DNA of 63,157 nt, filler included, from Choristocarpus tenellus KU-1152 (Eukaryota; Protista; Phaeophyceae): NCBI GenBank assembly GCA_964200185.2. It is 12 parts of 12 records of this genome, joined end to end, with 100 filler letters (N's around TTAATTAATTAA, not from the genome) between each part and the next. Parts side by side here need not be neighbours in the genome. Positions count along the whole stretch, not along the records: positions 1 to 12,279 come from CAXNAD020001893.1; positions 12,380 to 15,317 come from CAXNAD020023513.1; 10 more parts are not named here. One strand, 5' to 3'. The translations under genes and the position numbers were made by a program. Under the pieces are notes generated by a model that worked only from the letters and a program-made list of their open reading frames with translations, did not search any database and was not told where the DNA came from. Within the stretch, counting starts at the first letter, position 1; each line of letters begins with the position of its first letter. Positions 1 to 13,399 of the stretch are shown piece after piece.

Positions 1-2518
1 CCGCGCACCATTTCGGTCAAACCCATCCTCCATGAAATGATCCATCCGCCATTATCATGATCCGCTGTTTATTGCAGAGGACTTGGGATTTTTTTGAATC
101 ACTGTGTTCCATCATCTGAAGGAGTATGACAACCAGATCACCGAGAGTGAATGCATGGACCTTGTATGATGTTGCAAGGGGAAATGTGACCACCGTACAA
201 GTATCCTGACTAACACGAGGCAGAGAAGTCGGGTAAGCTCCCCTCGAATGCCCCAGTGGATGGAGCAATAAACTGTGCTGGAACGGAGTTTTGGGTGGTT
301 TTGGAGGCGGAATCATAGATAGGTGTGTAGGCTGCCCCATTTTGGTTGAGATAGTGTCATACGGTTAGCCCATAACACTGCTTTCAGTGGAAAGTTGCAT
401 GAAAACAGACTGGAACGAACCAGAATATTTGTTTCTGGGAAAATTGCTACCCTTGCCGGACATACATAGACCAACCCTCTCAACACATTCTTGGCCAGTA
501 TACTGCTGGTAGTATTGTTGGACAGAGATGTGATCCTGGTCGTTTTTCATCCACAAAAGTTATCTATTGCCTCCGTCTATATGGTCAAGAATCCTCTTGT
601 GACGTTCACAAAAGAGCAGAACAAATCCCAAAATGTCATGAAGTGATTGCAGCCGTTTTGCACTTGAAGTCATTTTAGATCTTCTGCGATTCAGCCATAT
701 TTCTATAGATGATGTGCCAAGCTTGACCTGAGAGGGTTGATTTCCCTATTGTTTGAAGCTTTTCAGCACATTTCGGAAAGTATCCTGTAAGCACTGAAAA
801 AAACGCCAAATTTTGCACACTTTTGACATCCTCACAAAGCAACTCTGGGTACCATACTTTGACTCTCTCACTCAACCTGTTCACAACTTGCTTTGACTTG
901 ACATTTTGTGTTTACCAAGGCTATCGATCCTTGCAAATAGATTACATTTTGTTGGTGAACAATTAGATAAATTTACAATACAATATTATCTTATCTCTCA
1001 ACTCCCCTCGAGTTTTCATGAGGAGACATGTGGGGGTGAAGAGACTGTATCACTGGGCATACTTCTACTCGTGTGTGCTAGAGAGGTGGTTATTCATTAC
1101 ATCAGGTCTCATTTTCATGAGATGTAATGGAGACTCCAGACGAGTCAAATTTGCTTTTTGTTCTTGAGTGACACGATCCCCCGGACATATCGTAGTGACC
1201 ATACAGACACTTATCGTAATGAAAGTTGAGTCACAAGTAAGATTCAAGTCCACCACTAGATAAGTGATGATGGAGATTCCAGATGAGTGACATGACGAAA
1301 AATATTGAGTGGGTCTTATCTCCACACTATATGAAACGGTCTCGATTGACTGTGTTAGGTGGTGTGCAATGGATAAATTTGAGGGGTGGTCTCGATGGGG
1401 GGGGTTAAATTTAGGTGCAACGCCGGTACCTTTGAATATTTTTGAGGGTGAAAAAGCGTGTTGAATTTATTTCAGTATTTATGAACTTAAAGGGTCTATG
1501 AATTGTTTTGAAAAAAAATTCGCTGCATCCAACTGTTCAAAAACACTGTTGTCACGTGGAAACTAAAATTGGGCTTGGGCTAATAAATCTGCTTAAGAAT
1601 AAATAACGGGCAAAATATTTACGATGATAATTTACTTTCAACGTTTATTGACAAACGACTTTCAGAACGAAAATCAAACACTGCCTCACCCCATCAGTAT
1701 AATTTTTTCTGGACTACCCCCAACCATCATAGGTTTCAGTCGGGAAGCGCGAGCATACAAAAATACCCTGGGGTGAAGGGGAACGGCGTGAAAGCATGTG
1801 ACATTGATTGATTGCACCCCCCACGACTGATGTTTCACATAGTGTGGAAAAACGGCCCCCTCAAACATTTTTCGTGATCGATGTATTTGTGGATTTGGTG
1901 TGGGAATCAAATTACCCATCCTCTATAAATTATTTACCCTGTTACAATGTAGTGCCATATCATACATCAAAAGTTGAGCCACTAAACAGCCGATTTCAAA
2001 AATTGAGGATGGAGCTTTTCATTGAGGATGGGCTTGACCCAAAATTGACTGGGATAAAGTGCAATATAATGGCACAAAATATATGTTAACAGTTGCATAT
2101 GTTTCCTAATTTGCTCCCAAAGCTCATTTTTTGCTTGACCCCCAGATCATGTTTACATGACTTCAAGGCCCATCAGAAGGAGGGTTGATGTAGAAAACAG
2201 GGCTGTCTGTTATAATACTGTTATTGCTGTATGTCAAGTACTGATATACTAGTTGAGTTTCTTTTCTGAGAACTTTGATTTAACTGTGGAGGATCTTTGG
2301 AATGATAGGTTTCCATGACTTCCCATGACATATCTTCATGAGCACATTCGCCGAAGGTGGATCTCCCATCTCCAAGTGACTTCTTTTCTGAATCTCATCT
2401 GAACCGTGATCCTCCCCACTTCCTCAGTCCTTGTTCTCATATCCGACCTTATCCTCGTCCTCTTGGTTACAATTCCACTTGTGGTCCGTTTAGCTTGGTG
2501 ATTCTCTTCGCCACCCTT

Positions 2519-2662
2519 AACAACAGATTTCGAAAATTGAGGATGGAGCTTTTCATTGAGGATGGGCTTGAACCAAAATTGACTGGGAGAAAGTATCAAT
2601 ATGTTTTTTTTTGTATTATGTCCAATGAAAAGCTCCATCCTCAATTTTTGAAATCTGCTGTT
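2519..2662. mobile_element. Short MITE with AACAG-type terminal inverted repeats
   Basis: ~40-bp TIR AACA(A/G)CAGATTTC(G/A)AAAATTGAGGATGGAGCTTTTCATTG at both ends, flanked by a CCTT/CCTT duplication. Related single arms at ~1986-2053, 15251-15317 and 15455-15523; degenerate arms at ~1-35 and ~16817-16872. Confidence 0.8.
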
Positions 2663-4008
2663 CCTTGCCTGAGTGAACCACACCACCACAGAATCCCATG
2701 CTTCACAAGTGTTCTTCCTGTACTGTGCAAAACATTCAATATTTGAGTAATGAGCAAAGGCCCTATTAGAACTTCTTGGAGTTGGTAGTCTGCTACTGAT
2801 CTATTCTGGAATCAACAGGTAGGTAGGTACACACGATCTGATAAACAGAATGTGTACAGTACTTGAGTACTTACTGAACAGAGACACAACTATGCTCCTT
2901 TCAAACACAATGAAGTGTCCAATCCACCTAGTGAACCATCAACTACACAAGGATCCTGGTTAGAGATGTACAAACATATTCACATCTCACCTGGTTGAAT
3001 AGAAATCGAGGTTAGGTACAAAGGTGATGCACTCCACAAAAACAATCCTCCAACCAACGACACATCACCATCCAGAACCCTAAAACTCGAACATCGCAAC
3101 ATGATGCAATATTTTGCACTATGACAAACCTTCCCAAGGGCTATTACTCCATTCCTTCGCCACTACTCCCTCCCTTACACCTAATAGTATATCCACATTT
3201 CCAGCGATCAATTAAAAAAAATCCTTACACAAAACTGTTGTGGGCATTTTGGGTGGAGGGGTCAGCAGTAATCGCCCTCTTGTTTCACCACCGATAAGCC
3301 ACGAACCCATTTATCAAATATGGAACAAATACACAAAGTTAATGCCTTCATGGTAAATGCTCATATATTCCCACGAGCTGTTGGATATGAGCTGCCATGG
3401 ATACCGAATTTCTGTCAACTAAAACGAACGAATGTTTACACCAATGCGTACCATGTATCATTTACAGAGGTCATATAGTACAGTACAGAACACAAGCGCA
3501 TACAGGAGAATAAGAAATGAGCTCCCACTACACTCTTGTGTTACATAAAATCATTTGTGACTCCAAAGGTGCTTGTAAAGAGATACACAATCACCCTTGA
3601 GGATTGACAAAGTCATAGAATAAAAGGGTGGTAGCAACCAAAACGGGGCTAAAAATAATAATAATAATTCCGACAAATCTGTCGCAGTGACACCATCATG
3701 CCTTACTCAACGGATGGAATTTAAGAAATCACTCAACCGTTTGTACTATTTCATGACAATATTTTCCACTCTTTAGCCCATTGTTGTTGCTACCAAGAAC
3801 TTCTTGGCACTCAGATGACAAGTTAGCACCTCCACCCCTACATAACGTTCATCGCCTGGTAGTGTCAATAAAACCCTCCATATATGACCTGGTGAGGGTG
3901 CTCTCATTCTCTCTCACGTGGAAAGGATCAGACACCAGGCTTTCAACCTCCCAGATTTCCCCTGGTGATAGTGCCTACCAGGAACATGCAACCCCTCAGA
4001 ATAACCTC

Positions 4009-7000
4009 TCAGAATAGGAAATATTTCTGAGTGAGAGCAAGGGATGTGGCTGGCTCGCACTTCAGCAGCTCTCCGTCAGCATGAACCTGTTTCAGGATGG
4101 GGTAGAGATCAAAGGCAATGATACTATTATACTAATAATGTTGAGTAGTTACGACAATTTTCTAGGGGGGTAACATAGAGTATTGTCTAGGATAGTGAAA
4201 CTGCTTTCAGCATACCCTGTACCAATTAGCGTGTGCACAGCCCTCCATTATTTATTCCCTCCCTGCTCAAGGAAGAATCCTATAGATAGCACATTTTAGT
4301 ACCCTACATATCTTTCTGGATACTGCTCAATATTCTTCTCATTTCCTCTCCTGCGTCACAACCAACCATTGGACTATTCAGCACTCTTGATAGTGTCGAA
4401 GCAAGTGTGGAATCGCAATAAATCAACCACTTCCGAGTACTTAGTTCCTGTACTCCAAGTATATTGGGCTATCATTAATAAAACTATCTAACAGCATGTA
4501 CAGAGCAAGAGTGAACAACGTTGGAAACCAGGGTCAGACAATTGGATTCATTAACACCTCCAAGGCAGCTAGCTACTCAGTATAATGTCACAAAGCACTA
4601 CCTGTCCTCATTCTTGCACTACTTCTTGCCCTATGACGACTAACTTGTCCAACAGTTAAATCTTATACGCCATGAGGAGTACATGTATCTCTCCCACTCA
4701 ACGACCATTAGGGAGTAGCGTACAACCTCTCCCAGCACACAAGTCATTCATTACACACCTCGTACGTCTCAGGGTGCACTGTTATCTTAGGAAGAGAACT
4801 GTTGAGCTTCATGTCCTTCTTCCCAATATTGCGGCAATCACGTACTGCCTCCACCCTGGTGTAAACACGATCAGGCACAATGTGTTACAAGTAGGGAAGA
4901 TATGCATCAGCTTGCAATTGTCAAGCATGAGACAAACAGACTGGTATGTCAACAGTATGGGCCAAGCTTCTGTGATGGGATGTACCCAGACTACACTGAC
5001 TTGAGATGACCAAAGCCATCTCACTCTATGCTCATCTGTGCGGCACCAAACCACTCAACCACACCACCCAAGTCACCCATCCCCTCACCCTAAAACTACA
5101 CAAAACAAAACCCAACATCCTTACCCCAAGCCTCAAAACACCTCCCCATTCATCGCAAACCAACGTTCCCGATCCATCCAGTAACCCTTGAAGCATCAAA
5201 TCCTGCCAGAACATTGTTAAGAAAACCTGCCACACCACCTTGCCCATTAAAACCGAAGCAAGCCTTTCATTGCACATCCCACCATACCTCACCTCTTCCT
5301 CAGCCCATAGCCGGGCACAGCACCCCCCTCTCCAAGGCTCGACTTGCTCACAAATGCCACACCTGACCCTGCTGCTGCCAATCCAATAGCACCAAACATG
5401 GGCCTCATCACCACTGGCTGAGGTGTAGGAATGGAGGCATTGGGGTCCCCCATCTGTGCCCATGCTGCGTTGCCTCCCTTAATCACCATCTCAGGCTTGG
5501 CTCCGAACAGGGCTGGGCGCCAGAGGCAAAGGTCTGCCAACCTGCCCACCTAGAAGTACCGCCAATAGGGTCGACAACGTGACAGACACGGGATCAGATA
5601 TCTTTTTCAATCAAATTAAACTGCTTTGGAGAGGGAAATTAGAGACAGTCAACACAGTATAAACTTCGTCAAGTTCATTAGTAACGAAGTCCATACTATG
5701 TTGACTGCCATTCTATGTCCTTGGATGTTGAGGGTGGCGGAGGCTTGTTTCATACCCTACAGGAACCCAGTCCGCCTAAGGTGGGGAAGTAAGTCACGGA
5801 TTGGGCGAAGATGTTGGCAGACCTGATACAAAAAATACTGATATGTCCGGAAAATACGTGATCACACAAAAATATATATATATTGATAGCACCGAAGACC
5901 TCCCTTTCTTTCCCTTACCCCCAACACCCCACCTCATCAGCCCCTAGGATAAAGCAAAGTAAGGGGGAAAAGGAAGCATTTACATCATGCTAGGCAGTCT
6001 AAACCAGGCCACGGTCCAGCTCTGCTAAAATACCCAACAGCCCACAAGACCATTCTCGTCAAATATCTGACGGCACTTGACCAGCCCTGCCAAGGAAAAT
6101 ATTTTACACACAGTGTCAGATTGTCAAAAAACACATCTGTCCAACTCCCCACATTTCTCTAAATACTCATGTGAAAATACACTCTATTAGAAAACCCTAT
6201 CAATTTCTATGGACAAGGAGCAGTACTTTCAAACAAGATCGAGGACTGACCCTTCCAGAAATTTCCAGAAAAGGGTCACACCTCAATGTTAAGGTCCTGA
6301 ACAAAAAATGCACAAAAGCAACGGTTTTGTTGAAAATAATAACTCTTTTAAGTTATATAACAAAAAATAAAGATATGATGTATCCCCATTCCAATTCCAC
6401 CTCCCAACCAGGAAAGCAAGGGTAAGGTGCCATGCAACAGAGGATTGATAAAAAAAAAAATTAATGGGAGACTGTAAGCTGACCTCAAGCGAGCCAATCA
6501 GGTGTGCCATGCCATGAGCAATTGCAGGATTAACTGTGTATTTGGCAACATAGCGACGGACTCTGAAGTTATCTGTAGTCACTCCCTCCGGAGTCCATGC
6601 ACCTGAACAACGAAGCAGAATCCGTATCAGTAGTTGTATGGAACAGAGTGAAAGTATCTTAGAGGGTACGAGTTTTGCCATGTTTGTCCATTTGGGGCTT
6701 GGCTTCCACGGCTTTTTAATGGCATTTTACCTACTCCAAACTAAAGTTTGGAGTAGGTAAAATGTATACGTTATGAAAAGGTGTGTCCAGAACAAGGATA
6801 TTGACATCTCCTAACAAACATGACAAGCCAAAATTACATCAAAATTGCAACATTGGATATTGGTCCCAAAATGGACGCGGCTCTACCCTCTAAGATACTC
6901 ACAGGGATACATATTGTGCACTACTCTCTGTAGAATGAAAATCTTGAGTTATCATTACGCCTGAAATCACTTGGGAAAAGAGCAAAGCCGTCACATGTTG

Positions 7001-9039
7001 TGAAGGAATACATAGGAAGGGTATACCTTTACTGTAACAGACATGACCAATTCAATCCAAAAGCAGTGGTCACACCAATGGCCTTTCCAGTTCCAGATAT
7101 CATCTACAAAGAAAAAAACATTAAAATGAGGTTTGCAAAACGCTTCCCCCTTCCCCCTCCTAAACAGCTTGAAAGCAAACGCATACTGTCCTTCCCATGC
7201 TATAAGCGCCCTCACATTTGTCAGCCTTGGCATCCTCAGGTAGCTGACCTCTCTGCTTCTTCATCTGCATTGAGATTGCCCAAAAGATACAAACATGAAA
7301 AGGGTACATCAAATTGAGCACACAAAACCACCCAACCACATAACATAGACTAATTGGAGAGGAGGACAGGTGGGAGGCTATCTCTTTCGTGATCAATCCT
7401 ACCATTTGCATCGAGCTATCCTCTATTGAATAGGGGGAAAGTGAAGCACCCCTTCCTGCTCCATACCACCATAAATGTCAATACTTGCCAAGTCCTGATT
7501 GATCTCTCTTTCTCCTTAAAGGTACATCATCTCGGTGATCCCCACCACCACCACCAACAAAGGATGTTGCCATCAACCTATGATATATACTGGTTCCAAG
7601 ACACAACAAAAAGTGCTAAAAAAAGCAAAAGGCTGAGATCCCTGTTCAGAGCGCCAACAGTTCCTGAAGAACGTACCATATACATATCAGAATTTCCGAT
7701 AATTTTCGTCTCGCGCTTGTATCGTTCTCACTCCGTCCAAAGGCCATTAGCTGTGTCACACACAATTCCATCTTCAGGACCTTAACACAATGCACAAGCA
7801 ACTCACTACAATAGCCCCATCCCCCAAGGTTACATTACACACAAAGCCTACCACTAACCACACACACACACACACACACACCAGCACATTAACCAAGTGG
7901 ACAAACAAGGTAGGAACACTGATGCTCACACACTGCACCTACGTATGAGATGGCACACACAAACACCATGAGTAGCCACAGCTGTACCTTATCTGCAGTC
8001 TGCCAAGTACGGGTGATCACCTCCCCGACCCTTCCCATGGCCTGAGAGTCAGAGGACAAAACACTAATGGCACCCACGTCGTGGAGGATGTCTTCAGCTG
8101 CAATCGTCTCTCCCCTGAGGGAGAGCATCAGTGGGTGTTGTGATGATGCCACCATGTTCCATTAACACAAAAGGTCAAATAGTGAGTACTAGTACAAATA
8201 ATACATTAAGTACTAGTACAAATAGCATAGTGAGTCTAGTACAAATAAGATAGTAAGCACTAGTACAAATAACATTGTATGTACTAGTACAAGAACATAG
8301 TACGTACTAGTACAATAACATAGTGAGTACTAGTACAAATAACATAGAACATACTAGTACAATAACATCGCAAGTACTAGTACAACATAGTAAGTACTAG
8401 TACAAATATCAATATCAACAGAAGGATTGTAAAAACAGTACTCTAAAGGGTTCTGGGGGGGAACGAGGGGATCCCCCATCCCATCACCCTCAACTTGGGA
8501 AACACGACAGAGTGAGAAACACATAGAAATATTGCACTGTTGATCACTACGCAGTGCTCCAGAGTACTCTAGAGTACTCCAGAACAAACATCACGCTTTT
8601 TCCATTGCAAACCACAAACCAGTGCTGAGTACTCTGAGCGGTCAACTAATGTACGAGTTCAAAGGGTTCATCATGGAGCGATCAGGTGTCTAGTATGAGG
8701 GGATGACAGAACACGTTTGCATTGTACAGAAGATTTGTACACACAAACCAACCTCTGTTCCCCCTTCTCAACAACCCTCGCCCCTCCCCCGCCCAGACCT
8801 GCATCATGGCAAGCTCTCCTCCGCCTTCATGTCCTATCCTCTTTCCTTTCTCTCACCTGATCCTGCTCTCAGCGAAGGCCACATCCTCAGGCACGCTCTT
8901 GTCGAGATGGTGACACACCATGAGCATATCTAGGTGCTCATCGATGGTATTCACTGTGTACGGTCTTTCAGTTTTCAAACCCAATACAACAAAGCACAAG
9001 CAAATGGAAGCAAACAGAAGGCTGACTGTTATGAGAGGA

Positions 9040-9073
<34 letters not shown>

Positions 9074-11224
9074 CAATGCCACACACACACACACACATTT
9101 ACTGCTCAGGAAATACACCACATCTCACGTTTAATATTCCATTCTGCCTGTCTGTTCAAGTCCCAGTCAAACAGGTCAAAAGGTCCACCCGTGCCCTTCT
9201 CTTCTTTACAAACTACCCCCCAAAACACATACAAGACACACCATACCCACCTAGTGGGGTTTGTAGAAGATGGAATGACGTTGGCCTCTCCACAGACAGC
9301 GATAATATCCGGGGCATGGCCTCCCCCAGCCCCTTCACTGTGGTATGTGTGTATGGTACGCCCCTTAAAAGCCGCCACAGAGCCCTCCAGGCTGCACGAC
9401 TCATTCAGGGTATCCGTATGAATAGTCACCTTGAAAAATAAATAAATACAGTTTTGCACCCAAGTTCTGAGTGTATCATACAACACTTCGAAAGGAAGGG
9501 CTACAAATACTTGGGATATGGAAGGGTAAGAGTTCTTGCTTCACAAAAAGACTTGGAAGCAGACATAGAGACTTGAACTAGCCTACTCACTTAACTCTGG
9601 CCCCTGTGTGTGTATGACCTAAACATAGCAAGCTGACCCCTCCAAGCTCACATACTACACTATCTATAACCTCTGCAGTGGGAGACCTAGCATATGGGAA
9701 AAGAGGTACGCACTGGATACTATAATAATGGCATAGCAACAAAGAAGGACCAAGGAAATTACATCCTAAATCGACCTCAAAAGTAGAAGTGGAGGTCTTC
9801 TTGGTGTATAAACTACATCAAGTAAACTGTTGATAAATCTGCTCTAAGACCACTGATGCAATTTCAGTGCTCACTGGAACCAGACAGTTACAAGAACTAT
9901 TGCATGTTTGACTCTACATTGAAAGAGTTTTAGGTTCCACCCATAGAAAAGGTTCCTTGTAAGGCATTTTCAATCAGGAATCAAAATCAAATCCACATAG
10001 TTGCAAACATTAACGCTACCAACTGAGAAGGTGTCATCAAGGTGTTCCTAGTGGGTGGACGGGGGGGAGGGGGGGGGCAGGGGATGCGCCATCACACATC
10101 AATCACCTACAAAGTAAACATGTAACTGACAGAGACAGCGGAACAATACGACCAACTCAAGCACTGTGAAAAAAATAAACCCCTGGCAGTATCAACTATC
10201 GAACAGAAGCCATCAGCAGTATGTATATACAATACAATACATACATGTATGTATATACAATACAATACATGTATGTATATACAATACAATACATACATGT
10301 ATGTATATACAATACAATACAATACATATATGTATATACAATACAATACAATACATGTATGTATATACAATACAATACATATATGTATATACAATAAAAT
10401 ACATATATGTATATACAATACAATACATACATGTATGTATATATATACAATACAATACAATACATGTATGTATATACAATACAATACAATACATATGTGT
10501 ATGTATATACAATACAATTCATACATGTATATATATACAATACAATACAATACATACATGTATGTATATATATACAATACAATACAATACATGTATGTAT
10601 ATACAATACAATACATACATGTATATATATACAATACAATACAATACATACATGTATGTATATATATACAATACAATACAATACAATTCATACATGTATA
10701 TATATACAATACAATACATACATGTATATACAATACAATACATACATGTATGTGTATACAATACAATACAATACATGTATGTATATACAATACAATACAA
10801 TACATATATGTATATACAATACAATACAATACATGTATGTATATACAATACAATACAATACATGTATGCACGCATACTGTATATTGGTGGTGTACCTTAC
10901 AACATCATAAACCAATCCACCAAACCCGCCCATATCTGGTCGGTGGGAACATTGAATTTGTCCTCAAAATCAGAGCATTTCCCGATTTATTTAATTTTTA
11001 ATCCCCACATCTTACTCACCCCATGCTTCACTGTGTACCCTACCTTCCACGTTAGTACACAAGTTTTTGACATGCACGTTAGTACTCCTCCCACTGGCAA
11101 CACCAACCCTAACCCTAACCTGAACGTCTTCTTCCTCGGCTACAGCAAGGCAGCAGTCAATGGCAGCAGGGGTAGTGCCCCAGTCTTCGTGAAGCTTCAT
11201 CCCCACCGCCCCGGCACTGATGAT
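4009..11224 (-). CDS. URE: Urease, single-chain eukaryotic type; C-terminal 8 exons of the catalytic alpha domain (5' part not seen in this contig)
   Basis: Phase-consistent GT-AG exons 11224-11120, 9429-9251, 8964-8857, 8114-7988, 7264-7216, 6602-6484, 5549-5293, 4855-4759 and 4086-4009 (nine segments including the terminal exon). They join to give [35 protein letters not shown], flap [52 protein letters not shown] and the C-terminal QKYFLF*, all hallmark urease motifs. Confidence 0.97.
6646..6900. mobile_element. GAG...CTC MITE (Sola2-like) in a urease intron; right end slightly truncated
   Basis: GAGTGAAAGTATCTTAGAGGGTA ... TACCCTCTAAGATACT; same internal sequence as the other copies. Confidence 0.85.
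8185..8410. repeat. ~24-bp minisatellite (about 9 units) in a urease intron
   Basis: Units like TAGTACAAATAACATAGTAAGTAC with the palindromic core GTACTAGTAC. Confidence 0.85.
10219..10870. repeat. Compound (TACAA)n/(TATG/TA)n minisatellite in a urease intron
   Basis: About 20 units of ATACATGTATGTATATAC(AATAC)2-4; it generates the spurious low-complexity ORFs in all frames. Confidence 0.95.
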
Positions 11225-11403
11225 CTGCGATCACACACACACACGCACAAGCCATGTAAGAAAACAGACCAACAACCAACAACCGCTATGATCCCCGCAA
11301 TGTAACATGTCAAAGGGTTAGGGTTCTTTCTGAAAGAGGTTACCTCACACACACCAGCACAAAAAATAAATTTAAAAGTCACGACACAGGGTTAGGGTTG
11401 GCA

Positions 11404-11438
<35 letters not shown>

Positions 11439-12280
11439 AGGTAGGGGTATAAGGTTACCAGGCATGAAAGACCCAACATTGATCGGTGAACACACCCATG
11501 ACAACAACCCGACTGCAAAGAAGTTGCAGTGTTAACGCTCAACGCAATCTTCGTCAAATCCATCATTAGCACATAGTGTTCTGAAGGAAGAAGGTCAAAA
11601 AGAGTCAAGAGTAACTGAGAGGGGAACCAAGTTTTGAATGTTTTCGAGTCTCCTTTTTAATGCAAGGCATTTTTTTCAACTCTGATTTATTGATGTTCTT
11701 AAAAAAAAAGAAGATGAACACATTCGTCATTGATCTACGGATACGGCTTTCTTGCTTACGTAAGCCTAACATTAAAAATAAAAAATCCAAAAAAATAAAA
11801 AATAAAAAAAACATCCAAAAAAATAAAATCAAAATGAAACATAAAAAACAAAAACATACAAAAAATAAAATCAAAACGCACTCCGCCTCATGTGGACTGT
11901 TTGAAACCAACAAAAAAAAACCAACAACACATGCCATCATCCATCAGAAAGGTAGTCGAATCCGCGAGCAAAAAACTCAGGTGCACATGCACCCTCCTCT
12001 CAACCGCTTTGGCTCACACGCTACTAACTTACACCGTAATGCACTGGTCCATGCTAAGTGCAATAGGAAGGCGTAGTAAGCAAAGAGATCAAACACGTTC
12101 CCAGCCTGGGTGATGCATACTTGTTTGGATGTAGCGGTTTCAAGTTCCACCATTATTTTTTCTTTTGAATAGACGTTTTTTCACACCCCAAGGGGGGGGG
12201 GGGGGGGGGGGGGGGTGTTTTTTTTTTTTCTCCTCCCCCCGGGGGGGGGGGGAGAGGCCACCGCGCAACCCCCCCCCCCN

Positions 12281-12379
12281 NNNNNNNNNNNNNNNNNNNN
12301 NNNNNNNNNNNNNNNNNNNNNNNTTAATTAATTAANNNNNNNNNNNNNNNNNNNNNNNNNNNNNNNNNNNNNNNNNNNN
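12281..12379. other. Artificial contig linker (N-TTAATTAATTAA-N). Others at ~15318, 18480, 24610, 27776, 31181, 33824, 38913, 41727, 53022 and 56923
   Basis: Near-identical ~100-nt N blocks containing a six-frame stop linker. Confidence 0.97.
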
Positions 12380-12649
12380 CACGCGCGTATACTGCTCGCG
12401 CCAGTCAAAGCGCGGGAAGAAATACTCGCGCTACTCGCCTGTAACACGTATACCCATGATTTCTGGAGTTATAGGATTTGTCGTATTCCCCTATTTATAA
12501 ATTGGGTCAACCTTTCGCTCATGCTTGTATTCCGCAACAACCGCCAACAGTAGTCGATTGGCCGACTTTGATCAGCGATTGCAGCACATACCACTCTTCC
12601 AAAAATATCTACTATTCCCTCCATGTACCCATGCATAATACCATAGAAT

Positions 12650-12908
12650 GAGTCAAAATATCTTGAGGGTAGAGCCGCGTCCGTTTGGGAACCAATCTAA
12701 TGCTGCAATTTCGATTTAATTTTGGCTATTGTGTTTGTTAGGAGGTGTCAATATATCCCTTGTTCCAGACACACCTTTTCATAATGAATACATTTTACCT
12801 ACTCCGAAACATTTTGAAGGAGATAAAATGTCATAAAAAAAAACGTGGAAGCCAAGCCCCAAACGGACAAACAGAGCCAAACTCGTACCCTCTAAGGTAC
12901 TTTCACTC
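12650..12908. mobile_element. GAG...CTC MITE (Sola2-like)
   Basis: 259 bp, TIRs, perfect TSD GAAT/GAAT. Confidence 0.9.
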
Positions 12909-13061
12909 GAATCACAGTTGGAGAGAGTGAGGAATGAGAGAAATTAGAGATAACCTGCTGATTCTGTTTCCTCGGAGTTAGTAAGGACAAGCCATATACG
13001 TGGTGTGATATATAAGGACTGCTTGTTGTCTAGGTCAGGAAACACTGAAGAAACCGTAAAA

Positions 13062-13323
13062 GAGTGAAAGTATCTTAGAGGGTACGAGTTTTATCCTATT
13101 TGTCCATTTGGGGCTTGACTTCCCATGGAATTTTTTATGACATTTTCCTACTCCAAAATATTTCGGAGTGGGTAAAATGTAAAGGTTATGAAAAGGTGTG
13201 TCCGGAACAAGGGTATTGACAATTCCTAACAAACACGATAGCNNNNNNNNNNACATCAAAATCGCAACATTGGATTTTGGCCCCCAAATGGACGCGGCTC
13301 TACCCTCTAAGATACTTTGGCTC
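13062..13323. mobile_element. GAG...CTC MITE (Sola2-like)
   Basis: TIRs, flanks AAAA/AAAA. Confidence 0.9.
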
Positions 13324-13399
13324 AAAACCTAGGACACAGCTTTAACAATAATGCAAGGTTAGCAAGCCATCAAATGCCACAAGCAGTCAAGGAAACACT

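Noticed and set aside
10107-11305. Long Y/I/C-rich ORFs (254-379 aa) in several frames
   Set aside because: Translations of a stop-free minisatellite in a urease intron
12324-12335. Recurrent TTAATTAATTAA motif between N runs
   Set aside because: Artificial contig-joining linker; adjacency across it carries no biological meaning
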